From Octopus sinensis (lineage: Eukaryota): 64,000 nucleotides of DNA. The number at the start of each line of letters is the position of its first letter. The first letter of the stretch is position 1. Shown here piece after piece: positions 24,940 through 37,137 of the stretch. Below the pieces are notes generated by a model. The model did not search any database. It was given only the letters and a program-made list of their open reading frames with translations, and had not been told where the DNA came from. The stretch covers positions 160,580,001 through 160,644,000 of the forward strand of contig NC_042999.1 of NCBI RefSeq assembly GCF_006345805.1, given 5' to 3'. The position numbers and the translations under genes were made by a program.

Positions 24940-25636
24940 TCATCATCATCCTCATTTAACGTCCGCTTTCCATGCTGGCATGGGTTGGACGGTTCAACTG
25001 GGGTCTGGGGAGCCCGAAAGCTGCACCAGTCCAGTCAGATCTGGCAGTGTTTCTACAGCTGGATGCCCTTCCTAACGCCAACCACTCCGAGAGTGTAGTG
25101 GGTGATTTTATGTGCCACCGACACAGGTGCCAGACGAGGCTGGCAAACGGCCACGCTCGGATGGTGTTTTTTTATGTGCCACCGACACAGGTGCCAGACG
25201 AGGCTGGCAGACAGCCACGCTCGGATGGTGTTTTTATGTGCCACCGACACAGGTGCCAGATGAGGCTGGCAAACGGCCACGATCGGATGGTGTTTGTTAC
25301 GTGCCCACAGCACGGAGGCCAGTCGATGCGGTACTGGCTACGGCCACGTTCGGATGGTTTTCTTGTGTGCCACGTGCCACCGGCACTGGTACCACAAAGA
25401 TACAAATTCCATTGATGTTCATCTATTTTGATTTGTTTTGATTTGATTGATTTTCACTTGCCTCAACAGGTCTTCACAAGTGTCACAAGAAGGAAGGTAT
25501 GCACAGGTGGACTGACTACGTCCCAGGTAGGGGCCACAGGTTATGGCCTGACTAGTCTTGCCGGGTCTTTGGATGGTGTTTTTATGTGCCACCGACACAG
25601 GTGCCAGATGAGGCTGGCGAACGGCCACGATCGGAT
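24938..25636 (-). mobile_element. RTE 3' tail with internal units and a duplicated unit
   Basis: Family signature, reverse orientation. Confidence 0.8.
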
Positions 25637-25752
25637 TATATATATGTATTATATATATATACAAATATATATATCCATTCGCCATAGATGCACATAGATT
25701 GTTGTTTAAAACGTAGCTACTAAACATCAACAAAGAGTTTATCACGACTTAC

Positions 25753-25899
25753 CTGACGCAATACAATATAGGCATTGGTCATTCCTTCACGTAAATCATT
25801 TGGTTGCTTGGAGCGTTTTTGAATTCTGTTCTTTTTCCGTGACGTACTGCAAACACTTGGCCCCGGAGACACCATATCATAAGTCAACATAGCAAGGTA
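25753..25899 (-). CDS. ATG2: ATG2 exon 12/13
   Basis: tatttcag acceptor, gtaagt donor; YLAMLTYDMVSPG...KQPNDLREGMTNAYIVLRQ matches YDILSP...QPADLREGVAKAY; 147 nt. Confidence 0.95.
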
Positions 25900-26049
25900 C
25901 TGAAATAACAACATCACAATACCATTTTTTTCAATAACAAAGTATATTTATCAATGTGTTTATTATGTTATACATACTATACAATGTTTTAATAGAAATT
26001 AATATTATCCTTCTATTGACTAATTTTACTTGATTCTGGCCTGACATTC

Positions 26050-26360
26050 CATCAGTTACAGTGAAGAGGGTTCCAGTTTGATTCAGTCACTGAACAGCCT
26101 GTTTGTGAAATTAATGCACAAGTGGTTGAGCACTCCACAGACATGCGTACCCTTAATGTAGTTCTCCTGGAGGTTCAGTGTGACACAGAATGTGACAAGG
26201 CTGGCCCTTTGAATCCCATGTACAACTCACTTTTGCCAGCTGAGTGGAGTGGAACAATGTGAAATAATGTGTCTTGCTCAAGGACACAATGTGCCACCAG
26301 GAATCAAACTCATGGCCTTATGATTATGAGCAGAATATCCCTAACCACTAAGCCATGTGC
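26050..26360 (-). mobile_element. Older SINE sharing the 3' half with family D (related remnant at about 49610-49920)
   Basis: tRNA-like head, ccttgagcaagacac, and D-type tail, diverged. Confidence 0.6.
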
Positions 26361-26933
26361 CTTCACATTTCTTTATTTTAAATCCCTCTCCACTCAAAGA
26401 AAAATCTATAATGTTTTCTACTACTGCTAGATGCTTTTTGTCTGCTATTAATACACTTCCATGCCATTTTAGCACCATACAACTATGCGAGATGTTTTCT
26501 CAAGACCAATATACTACAGTTTTGTGGCTTTCTTACAGTATATCTACATTGAGCAAGATATACAGAATACTATTCTGAATCAATACTGCTTCCATTGCTA
26601 ATAAAGAATCTAATGAATAGTGCATAAGAAATTACTGATTTAAAAATACTCTCCCTTGAGTTTACATTCAGAATATGTAGAGAATTTGTCATGGGTTGGC
26701 AGAATCATTACAGTGTGGGATAAAATGTTTTTTGGTATTTGTTTCAGTTCTTTATGTTCTGAGCTCAACTTTGCCTTTCATACTTCCAGGATAGATAAAG
26801 CAAAGTACAATAAAGTACTGATGTTCTGCTAACTTTGCCCCCCAACCAACAAATTTCTGGCTAAGTACCAATGTAAGCAATTGCTGTTGTCGTTATGATA
26901 ATTGTTATCTGAGTTAAGTTAATTAAAATGACA

Positions 26934-27331
26934 TCTTTATATATAAAAGTGAGGTTGTGTGCTGTCTGTCTCCTATGATTTAGATTCCTAACTACTCCCA
27001 CATTTTGCGGTGCAGTTTAACTAAAAGCGGGTATCTTATAGTTGTCATTCATATCGAGTCCTTCTGGGTATTAGCGCGCGTCTACGATGAGTCTACAATT
27101 TAAAAAAAATTTACCATCAATTTTTCCCATTTTTAATGCATTTTTGGCATATATAAGGGAAGTAACTCTCTAAAAATTAATTATTAAATCTCAGAACGTA
27201 AAAAGCTACAGTGACACCCCCCCCCCTTTGTGGTTAGCCGTATTGAGATGGCTATTATACTTTACATCTCTAAAAATGCTTATATAGTTATTTCCCTTAC
27301 AAACCCGAGCAACGCCAGGCGATATTGCTAG
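26934..27331 (+). mobile_element. Non-autonomous Helitron, copy 4
   Basis: A|TC...CTAG|T. Confidence 0.85.
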
Positions 27332-27523
27332 TCATAAATATCACAAGACAAATATCGATGTTTTCCTTTTGGCAGAACATAAACATTTTGATGGAAGTTT
27401 GGATAAAGAAAGTGAAATAGTAAGCTTTTCTTGTGTATTTCATCACATGCTATATGATGAACTTAAAAAGAAACCCAGATGGAAGAGGCATTTAAAACTT
27501 AGCAAGAAAAGCTGAATATTTAA

Positions 27524-28098
27524 CCCTTTCGTGACCAACCCGGCTGAAACCGGCTCTGGCTCTGTTGTACAAATGTCTTGTTTTCTTAAAGTTTTAATTA
27601 AAATCTTCCACCAAACCTTAGTCACAATTTATGTTCCTAACACCAGCTTAATGATAACCAAGTTATTTTACTAAATTCTTTGATATATTTAAAGTAATTG
27701 AAAGAAACACAGAGCATCTCAAAATAAATACAGTAATGGCCACGAACGGATGGTGCTTTTTATGTGGCCCCCGTGCCGGGGGCACATAAAAAGCACCATC
27801 CGATCCTGGCCATTGCCAGCCTCGCCTGGCCCCCGTGCCGGTGGCACATAAAAAGCACCATCCGATCGTGGCCGTTTGCCAGACTTGTCTGGCACCTGTG
27901 CTGGTGGCACGTAAAAAGCACCCACTACACTCATGGAGTGGTTGGTGTTAGGAAGGGCATCCAGCCGTAGAAACATTGCCAGATCAAACTGGGCCTGGTG
28001 CAGCCTTCTGGCTTCCCAGACCCCAGTTGAACCGTCCAACCGATGCCAGCATGGAAAGCGGATGCTAAATGATGATGATGATGATGATAACGAAAGGG
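27524..28098. mobile_element. piggyBac MITE with nested RTE tail
   Basis: TTAA|CCCTTTCG...CGAAAGGG|TTAA, same termini as the 50540 element. Confidence 0.8.
27737..28088 (+). mobile_element. RTE 3' tail nested in a piggyBac MITE
   Basis: Interrupts the right end (cagtaa|cgaaagggttaa) of the MITE. Confidence 0.8.
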
Positions 28099-28159
28099 TT
28101 AAGCAAAGATCCACTGCTCTGAAACATCAACTGCTGCACTAACTTATCAAAGAATAATT

Positions 28160-28625
28160 ACTAATTTGCCTGCTATCACCCTCAATACCCTTACATATCT
28201 ACTGCCACCCCCACCCCTGAGCCTCTCCCACATTGTTTTCCAACTGGGGTACCCATGTACCTACTCTATAGCAAGGCACATATATCTGTCCCCTCTTTAC
28301 CTTAAATCTCTCAACTGGTACAAAGCGAAACCCCTCAACATTACATTTTTGTCATGCAAATTACTTGGTGATCTTGGTGCTGGTGCCACATGAAAAAGCA
28401 TTTAACCTCACTAGAAGCTTTCAGTACATTCAGGCCTGCTCTTGTTGCCAGACTCTCCATCACCACTCAGTGGTTGGCATTAGGAAGGACATCCAGCCAT
28501 AGAAACCAAGCCAAAACAGACTATGGAACCTGATGTAGCCCCTGGCTTTCCCAGTTCCTGTCAAATCATCCAACCCATGCTAGTATGGAAAATGGATGTT
28601 AAGTGGTGGTGATGATGATGATGAT
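28160..28625 (+). mobile_element. Older RTE 3'UTR copy with a 57-nt foreign insert
   Basis: Similar to 56975-57500; diverged tail. Confidence 0.6.
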
Positions 28626-29284
28626 AGTTAAGTTAAGTTAAGTTAATTTTTTGGCTCAAAAAGCGAAAAGCAAGGCCATGTAGGGGGACATGGAGTTATG
28701 TACAGGGAGGGTGTTCATGCAAAGAGTTCAGGCCATTTCTGGTCAAGAGAGACTTTGAACCGAGCAGTCGTCGGCATCTTCACTATCTCGTCCGGCAGCT
28801 TATTCCACAGATCCGCAACCCATCATGATGATGATGATGGCACTAAGAATTGTCTGCAATTGCTGAGTCTAATCAGAAAAGGTCATTTGGAAAGCCTCCT
28901 CAACAATGCAAAGACAATTCAGTTAAATGATTTAGACCAAGATGGAAAAGATGGACACAGTCAAAAAGAATTGGACGTACATTGTGACTAGCAGTGTGTA
29001 ACAATGTTCAATAGTCTGGTTGATACAGTGATAGTTATATACTAAAAATTGTAAGTCACTAAATAATGGGTGTCACAGAAAATAGCTCTAATGGCAACAC
29101 AAATTAATTTGAGTGTAAAGAAATTTTGCTTGGGATAAGAAAGGCATAAGTTAAAAAAAGAAAGAAGTAATTTATGAGTGCGACAGTTTTAAGAATACAC
29201 GTTGAACAATTAGATTTAAAGACCTGTCTAACCTTATGACTACTGCACAAGAGCAAAACTGATTATATGAAATGTGTAACTCAC

Positions 29285-29439
29285 TTGTATTGACTTGACC
29301 AATCGATTTGTAAGTTCCAGCATGGCCATCGCAGTAGATGTAGTGAAAGAACTGGCTCCTCTCTGGAGACCACGCACAATCCTTCCATCTCGTCTGTACT
29401 GTTCTATTGGCAGCCAGAAGAGGTCTTTGATGCCTTGGA
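29285..29439 (-). CDS. ATG2: ATG2 exon 11/13
   Basis: ttttcag acceptor, gtgagt donor; (I)QGIKDLFWLPIEQYRRDGRIVRGLQRGASSFTTSTAMAMLELTNRLVKSIQ, the conserved ATG2 C-terminal region; 155 nt, phase 1 to 0. Confidence 0.97.
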
Positions 29440-29839
29440 CTGAAAATATTCCAGATACAAATTCACAGGAATAAAGGACAAATTTTTTAAAAATGGGCTT
29501 TGATCAAACACATACAGAATTCTTTGTCTTAATTTTTAAGAATATTTTATACACAATTATATGAACATTTTTCAGGGGAAAACTCTACACACCAACAAGA
29601 GAACATTTCAGTTAAAATAATACTTTAATTATAAAATTGTTTGGTTGCACAAAAACAAGCTTCTACAAAATATTAGGAAAACAAAGTCCCTGCTTTCTAT
29701 TAGAATTTCATTTTTTAAGAAAAAAATGAATTAAAATTCATCTAATTTAATATCTCAAAAGATAAACTAATAATTTGCATAAACGATGCAACTGTCTTGT
29801 TGAAACAGAATCTAAATAAGTATAACATATACATATACA

Positions 29840-30252
29840 TAGGCGCAGGATTGGCCGTGTGGTAAGTAGCTTGCTAACCAACCACATGGTTCCAGGTTCA
29901 GTCCCACTGCATGGCATCTTGGGCAAGTGTCTTCTTCTATAGCCCCGGGCCGACCAATGCCTTGTGGGTGGATTTGGTGGACGGAGACTGAAGGAAGCCT
30001 GTCGTATATATGTATGTATATATAAGTGTGTGTGTATATGTTTGTGTGTCTGTGTTTGTCCCCCTAGCATTGCTTGACAACCGATGCTGGTGTGTTTACG
30101 TCCCTGTCACTTAGCAGTTCGGCAAAAGAGACCGATAGAATAAGTACTGGGCTTACAAAAGAATAAGTCCCGGGGTCGATTTGCTCGACTAAAGGCGGTG
30201 CTCCAGCATGGCTGCAGTCAATAGACTGAAACAAGTAAAAGAGTAAAAGAGT
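29840..30252 (+). mobile_element. SINE family B flanked by a 107-bp direct duplication
   Basis: Full-length match. Confidence 0.85.
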
Positions 30253-30681
30253 AAAATTCATCCAATTTAATATCTCAAACGATAAACTAATAATTTGCAT
30301 AAACGATGCAACTGTCTTGTTGAAACAGAATCTAAATAAGTATAACATAAACATATACACACATAATATCATCATGAACCATTAATAAGATTTTAATGTT
30401 TGTTTCCTTTTGTTGGGATGTCAAATGAACATTGGTTAACAGTGTAGCTTAGCTCAGGGGCCATTCCCAGCTGAGCAGATGTATGACACATGTATGCATT
30501 TGATTAAACAACTAGATTAAGATTAGATGATATCCACACAACCTAGTGGACTGTCATACTATGCACCCAGACCTGCAGAGGTTTACCATTTGGAATGCAG
30601 TATGTATGTATGCATGCAAGCATGTAGATGTAGTCAGGCATACAGTAGGTGAAATAAAAGTGTTTCAGAAAACAAACTTAC

Positions 30682-30803
30682 TCAATTGTACAACTGAGTG
30701 GATAGGTCCCACTCCTCCCAAGATGCGAGGTATTTGATTTTTCTTAATATCATCAAGCCAGTCAGTTAACATTGATACAAGAACACGTTGGATTCCTAGT
30801 AAG
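30682..30803 (-). CDS. ATG2: ATG2 exon 10/13
   Basis: aattacag acceptor, gtaagt donor; LLGIQRVLVSMLTDWLDDIKKNQIPRILGGVGPIHSVVQL; 122 nt, phase 2 to 1. Confidence 0.96.
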
Positions 30804-30836
30804 CTGTAATTATCAAGAACATTTTCTTAAAATAAT

Positions 30837-30883
<47 letters not shown>

Positions 30884-31269
30884 TAATAAATAAAACATAT
30901 GCATATATATATACATATATGTACGTACCTACCTCTACATGTATATATACACGCATATATGAGTACAGGACACCAAAAAAACGTCGCACACAATGAGAAA
31001 CGAAAACATAGACACAAACCCAAGGAACTAGACATTTTTCTTAAACAACAAAAAAATAGTGTACAGGACAAATAACACAAGGAAAAAACCCCTTCTTCAG
31101 TCGCCATGGTTTCATCTACTCTACGTTTCGAAGGTGAAGGCGATATGTATATATATATATATATATATATCAAGAGAGAGAGAGAGAGAGTATGTTTCTT
31201 ATGTAGATAAAATCAGTAAAAAAGAAAGGAAAACCCACTTAATTCAGTAAGAGTGAAATAGAATTTAAT

Positions 31270-31520
31270 AATGTAAAGTATAATAGCCATCTCGATTGTA
31301 GCTTTTAGCCCCAAGAGAACATCTCCTCTAGCTGGCTTTAGGCACACTTTCTGTGCCCTTATGGTATTTGGAAAGGGAGGCCATCCCTTTGCAAATACCA
31401 TAAGGGCACAGAAAGTGTACCTAAAGCCAGCTGGAGACGATGATCTCCTGGGGCTAAAAGCTACAGTAACACCCACCCTTAGTGGTTAGCCATATCGAGA
31501 TGGCTATTATACTTTACATT
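31270..31520. mobile_element. Foldback MITE, almost fully palindromic
   Basis: 27-bp terminal IR aatgtaaagtataatagccatctcgat plus long internal IR. Confidence 0.7.
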
Positions 31521-31888
31521 GTCGAGCAATTACTGTTTACATCTCGTTCTAAGATTTAATAAAGAATTTAATAAATACAGAAGTTATGGGTGAGCTAGTT
31601 CCTGTTTCAAATCTGAAAAGTGCATGAGCTTGAATGATTGTTGGGTCATACATAATATATGCCTTGTATAAAAGCATGGCCGAATATTGCACTTCTGGAA
31701 TACAAAACCTGAAGCAGCTCAACATAACTTCTATATTTATTGAATGAGTAAATGATTAACTGACAGATTGACAGACTGATATTCATGTGTGAGTAAAACT
31801 TAATGTCTAAAGTTTCACATTTATGCTTAAATCTGCTGATCCTCTGGTCAGGCACTTCATTTACATTCCACTGGGTGGAACCTAGAGG

Positions 31889-32271
31889 TGGAGGTGCAAT
31901 GGCCCAGTGGTTAGGGCAGCGAACTCGCGGTCGTAGGATCGTGGTTTCGATTCCCAGACCGGGCGTTGTGAGTGTTTATTGAGCGTAAACACCCAAAAGC
32001 TCCATGAGGCTCCGGCAGGGGATGGTGGTGATCCCTGCTGTACTCTTTCACCACAACTTTCTCTCACTCTTACTTCCTGTTTCTGTTGTACCTGTATTTC
32101 AAAGGGCCGGCCTTGTCACTCTCTGTGTCACGCTGAATATCCCCGAGAACTACGTTAAGGGTACACATGTCTGTGGAGTGCTCAGCCACTTGCACGTTAA
32201 TTTCACGAGCAGGTTGTTCCGTTGATCGGATCAACCGGAACCCTCGTCGTCATAACCAACGGAGTGCTTCA
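31889..32271 (+). mobile_element. SINE family D
   Basis: Full-length match. Confidence 0.85.
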
Positions 32272-32339
32272 AGAAGGAATGTAAAACTGTGCAGAAACCA
32301 GTTGAATGGGCTGTATACATATATATATATATATATATA

Positions 32340-32575
32340 CTTTATTTAAAAGCAGCAGAAAATTCAACAAAACCTGTTACTCTGAGTTTCACGTTCCCGT
32401 TCGCCGGACAGTTTTTGCTAGAATCTGTCCGACGAACGGGAACGTGCAAATCAGAGTAACAGGTTTTGTTGAATTTTCTGCTGCTTTTAAATAAAGCATA
32501 TTACTCTACCCCTGGTATTTGAGTACTCTTTTTTCCACCTTGTTTCACATTTATGTGTTTACTCCGGTACATATA
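32340..32575 (+). mobile_element. Palindromic non-autonomous element with variant hammerhead motif, copy 2
   Basis: Same family as 21811; arms 32340-32416 and 32424-32496; inserted in (TA)n. Confidence 0.7.
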
Positions 32576-32622
<47 letters not shown>

Positions 32623-33000
32623 TATTCATTTCTACACTTCATTTATTTCCTGCTTTAATACCACCGCTTGCCTTCTGAGTCCATTCTGTTGAATGCATTT
32701 CTGCCTCATCAATTGTAGCTACTTACTCTGTTTCCTCACCAGTTACGGAACCCTGAAAAAGGTTGCAGGTACTACCTTTCATCCTTTTACTAAACTACAA
32801 GCATAGAACAAGAATCCAATAGTCTATGAAATAGCGTCTAGGTTAATGGAATCACTTACAGTTACACATTAATATAGCATAAATATAAAAAGAATACATA
32901 TTAGTGACAGAGGCAGTATCAAAACTGAGAGGTAATATTTATTCCCACTTAAACATGGATGTTCTGTTAGTAAAAGTGATGTTTTTGTTTGGTATATAAT

Positions 33001-33344
33001 AATAATGAAATTATTGTATACAGTGCTCAGGTGCACCACAACTTGTCAGAGTATATGCAGTAATGAACAAATGTCTGGAAAGCAAACAATGCATGAGTCA
33101 GATACATGCTTGTGTGTGAATGGAGGGAAGAAAATCAGGTGTAGTGTTGGCGAATCTCAGAAAGCATGGAAGTTTTGAAGGATGCAGTGCTCTGACAACT
33201 AACAACTGATGCCGGCAGTTTGTTCCACGCTTCATCAACTCTCAGCGTGAAAAAATGTTTCCGGAAGTCATGGGAGCTGTGCTGTTTTCTGACTTTGTAA
33301 ATATGTCCACGGGTGTTAGATGGGTGGAGTTTGAAAAGGTGCTC
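33001..33344 (-). mobile_element. CR1-type LINE 3' end
   Basis: Reverse complement of 12450-12790. Confidence 0.8.
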
Positions 33345-34209
33345 GTAGAGATAAAGAAGCAGATAAAAAAATTTATCAAAAGTTCCAGTATTTTTTGATA
33401 AGCTTCCAAGATTTTGAGATTCACTGTCACTTTGCCATTCTTCTAAGAACAGTCAATCAGATGACATGAAAGCTAAAGAAGTCCATCAGTTCTGTTTACA
33501 GGTAAACTAAGGAAAATAGAATTATAGGTGTTTTGAAAGATCATCACCAAAGCAAAAGTAATAAAAGATTCCAATGAACAGCAGGTACATTTGTCCTCAA
33601 GTCCCATTTTTCAATTCATCGTTAAGTAATTAATAACTGAATGGTTTATTCGATCACAACAGAAAACCTCTTGCTTATGACATGGACCTCTGTTGGTTTA
33701 AATGCTGAGTATTCACTTGTTTGATCTACAGAATTACCTGCCGGTTGAATTAGTATTTACCAATTTAGCATCTACTCAGTTTCGTTCATAAGGCTTGGGT
33801 CAGCCAAAGGCTATAGGAAATGACACTTGACCAAGAGGTCAAACAGTGGGATTGAACCCAGCATCTTGAGTTTGTCAAGCTTCTTAGGTATTTGGTCATG
33901 CTATGTTTTCTTTATCTAATGACTCGACAGCAAGTCACATCATATGGCTTGATTATCTGTGGGATAAAAATTTCCGGCCAAAAGTGCAAGTGAGCCAAAA
34001 TGGCTCTGTTCTATGACAATTATTACAAAAATGGTAACATTCTCTAGTGAAGAGAGTGTGAATCATTAGAGAAGAAATACTTTACTAAACAGACTAAGAG
34101 AAGTTTAAAGTCTGAAAATTTTTTTATATTGGTACCAAAAGGTAATACAGATTTTAATCCAATATACATATGACATTTTAAACTTGAGAGTAATGTTATC
34201 ATCACTTAC

Positions 34210-34292
34210 CCATGTCTATAATTGATTGCTCGCAGATTTAGTTCTGAACAGTTCAGCTGGGCTAAACCAACCAAGAGTCCAGCAATGGTCCC
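34210..34292 (-). CDS. ATG2: ATG2 exon 9/13
   Basis: cttatag acceptor, gtaagt donor; GTIAGLLVGLAQLNCSELNLRAINYRH(G); 83 nt, phase 0 to 2. Confidence 0.96.
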
Positions 34293-34726
34293 CTATAAGA
34301 AAAATTAATTATTCTTTTTATTGGAATTTGGTTAGGAAAGACAAAAAAGAATTGATCTACAACAAAAAATTCTGGTGCTAAACTTGGTCTTAGAATAGGT
34401 TGCTGTGTGTCTGCATGTTGTAAAGGGTACCTAAAAGGGTTATTGAGAGGAAGGGCATCTGACCATAAAACACTGCTTTAAAAAAAATCTATTGAATCTT
34501 CGTTAACAAGGGAAAAAGAATGTAAAATGATTACGATAATGATGGTGGGACATAACATTTCAAGATGAAAATTGGTAACTTAATTTATTATTAAACTTTC
34601 AATACTGTTTCATGAGAGGAACTTGATTCAAATGAACATTAAACAGTGTTTAGTTGAAGTATTATGAAAGGATGAGCTAGACTTTAGTGCGTGCTAATTA
34701 TCAAATGCAGATACATATTCTAAATT

Positions 34727-35048
34727 ATTTGCCAGCCTCGCCTGGCCCCCATGCCGGTGGCACGTAAAAGCACCATCCGCTCGTGTCCGTTGCCAGCCTC
34801 GCCTGGCCCCCGTGCCGGTGGCACATAAAAAGCACCATCCGTTCGTGGCCGTTTGCCAGCTCCGTCTGGCACGTAAAAAGCACCCACTACACTCACGGAG
34901 TGGTTGGCGTTAGGAAGGGCATCCAGCTGTAGAAACACTGCCAGATCTGACTGGGCCTGATGAAGCCATCCGGCTTCACAGACCCCAGTTGAACCGTCCA
35001 ACCCATGCTAGCATGGAAAGCGGACGCTAAATGATGATGATGATGATG
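34727..35048 (+). mobile_element. RTE 3' tail
   Basis: Family signature. Confidence 0.8.
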
Positions 35049-35132
35049 TATAGTTTAACAATAGTTTGTTAGTGATGTAGCTTAAGAATAATCAATTAGT
35101 GAAGTAGCTGAATATGTAAATTCAACTCTTTC

Positions 35133-35335
35133 ATTGCCACGATCATCATTTAGCGTCCATTGTCCAAGCTATCATGGGTTGGACAGTTTGACTAGGGCTA
35201 GCAAGCTGGAAGGTTGCACTGGACTGCAGTCTGATTTGATATGGTTTCTACAGCTGGATGCCCTTCCTAATACCAACCACTTTGAGAGTGCAATGGGTGC
35301 TTTTATGTGCCACTGGCACAGGTGCTATTTGCATG
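35133..35335 (-). mobile_element. Older RTE 3' tail
   Basis: Diverged family signature, reverse orientation. Confidence 0.7.
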
Positions 35336-35867
35336 ACAGGAATTTAAGAGATTTCAGAAATGCTTCATTTTTAAGATATATGAAATATAAGTCAAAAATT
35401 TCTTACATAAAACTGGGAAGAAATTAATTTAGATAGAGGCACTCTAATGCAAGAAGTTTTGTATCAAAGAACTACAGGAAGTCTCCGGTAAGTTGATGTC
35501 AAAAAAAGCCCACTTTCTTATAAAAAGTGTATAAGACTTATTTAAGACAATTCATCCACATGATAAACAATAGGTAAATGGATGCCAACCTTTATTTTAA
35601 ATTTTCGTATGTTAAGTTGTTCAGTAATTATGGGAGACAACTGCAATTATAGAAATTCATCAGTGAAACGTGACAGCATCACAACTTTTGGCAAAAAATG
35701 AATATTTAGGTAAATAAGACATGACTGCATATTTAATAGTGTAAAAACATTCAAGGATTGTAATGATTGTGAGATGCTGAATACATGCTAAAAAGTTGGT
35801 GTGGGTCAACATATTTCATACATTGATGTATAAGAGAGCTGATTAATATCATTTTGTTTCTTTTCCA

Positions 35868-37137
35868 GTGGCCGATGCCAGCGCCGCCTCAACTGGCTTC
35901 CGTGCCGGTGGCACATAAAAAGCACCATCTGAACGTGGCCGATGCCAGTGCTGCCTTGACTGGCTTCCGTGCCGGTGGCACATAAAAAGCACCATCCGAA
36001 CGTGGCCGATGCCAGCGCCGCCTCAACTGGCTTCTGTGCCGGTGACACATAAAAAGCACCATCCGAACGTGGCCGATGCAGATCCGCCTTGACTGGCTTC
36101 TGTGCCGGTGACACATAAAAAGCACCATCTGAACGTGGCCGATGCCAGTGCTGCCTTGACTGGCTTCCGTGCCGGTGGCACATAAAAAGCACCATCGAAC
36201 GTGGCTGATGCCAGCGCCGCCTCAACTGACTTGCGTGCCGGTGGCACATAAAAAGCACCATCCGAACGTGGCCGATGCCAGTGCCGCCTCAACTGGCTTC
36301 CGTGCCGGTGGCACATAAAAAGCACCATCGAACGTGGCCGATGCCAGCGCCGCCTCAACTGGCTTCCGTGCCGGTGGCACATAAAAAGCACCATCCGAAC
36401 GTGGCCGATGCCAGTGCCGCCTCAACTGGCTTCCGTGCCGGTGGCACATAAAAAGCACCATCCGAACGTGGCCGATGCCAGATCCGTCTTGACTGGCTTC
36501 TGTGCCGGTGGCACATAAAAAGCACTATCCGAACGTGGCCGATGCCAGATCCGCCTTGACTGGCTTCTGTGCCGGTGGCACATAAAAAGCACCATCCGAA
36601 CGTGGCCGATGCCAGTGCCGCCTTGACTGGCTTCCGTGCCGGTGGCACATAAAAAGCACCATCTGAACGTGGCCGATGCCAGATCCGCCTTGACTGGCTT
36701 CCGTGCTGGTGGCACATAAAAAGCACCATCCGAACGTGGCCGATGCCAGCGCCGCCTCAACTGGCTTCTGTGCCGGTGACACATAAAAAGCACCATCTGA
36801 ACGTGGCCGATGCCAGTGCTGCCTTGACTGGCTTCCGTGCCGGTGGCACATAAAAGGCACTATCCGAACATGGCTGATGCCAGATCCGCCTTGACTGGCT
36901 TCCGTGCCGGTGGCACATAAAAAGCACCATCCGAACGTGGCCGATGCCAGTGCCGCCTTGACTGGCTTCCATGCCGGTGGCACATAAAAAGCACCATCCG
37001 AACGTGGCCGATGCCAGATCCGCCTTGACTGGCTTCCGTGCCGGTGGCACATAAAAAGCACCATCCGAACGTGGCCGATGCCAGTGCCGCCTTGACTGGC
37101 TTCCGTGCCGGTGGCACGTTAAAAGCACCAACCAATC
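35868..37137 (+). repeat. Minisatellite: 19 tandem units of 66-67 bp
   Basis: Unit gtggccgatgccagNNccgccttgactggcttccgtgccggtggcacataaaaagcaccatccgaac, counted by eye. Confidence 0.95.

Noticed and set aside
31085-31143. Hammerhead fragments (CUGAAGA and GAAACGUA) on the minus strand
   Set aside because: The order and spacing do not allow stems I-III to form; at most a rearranged pLTR remnant
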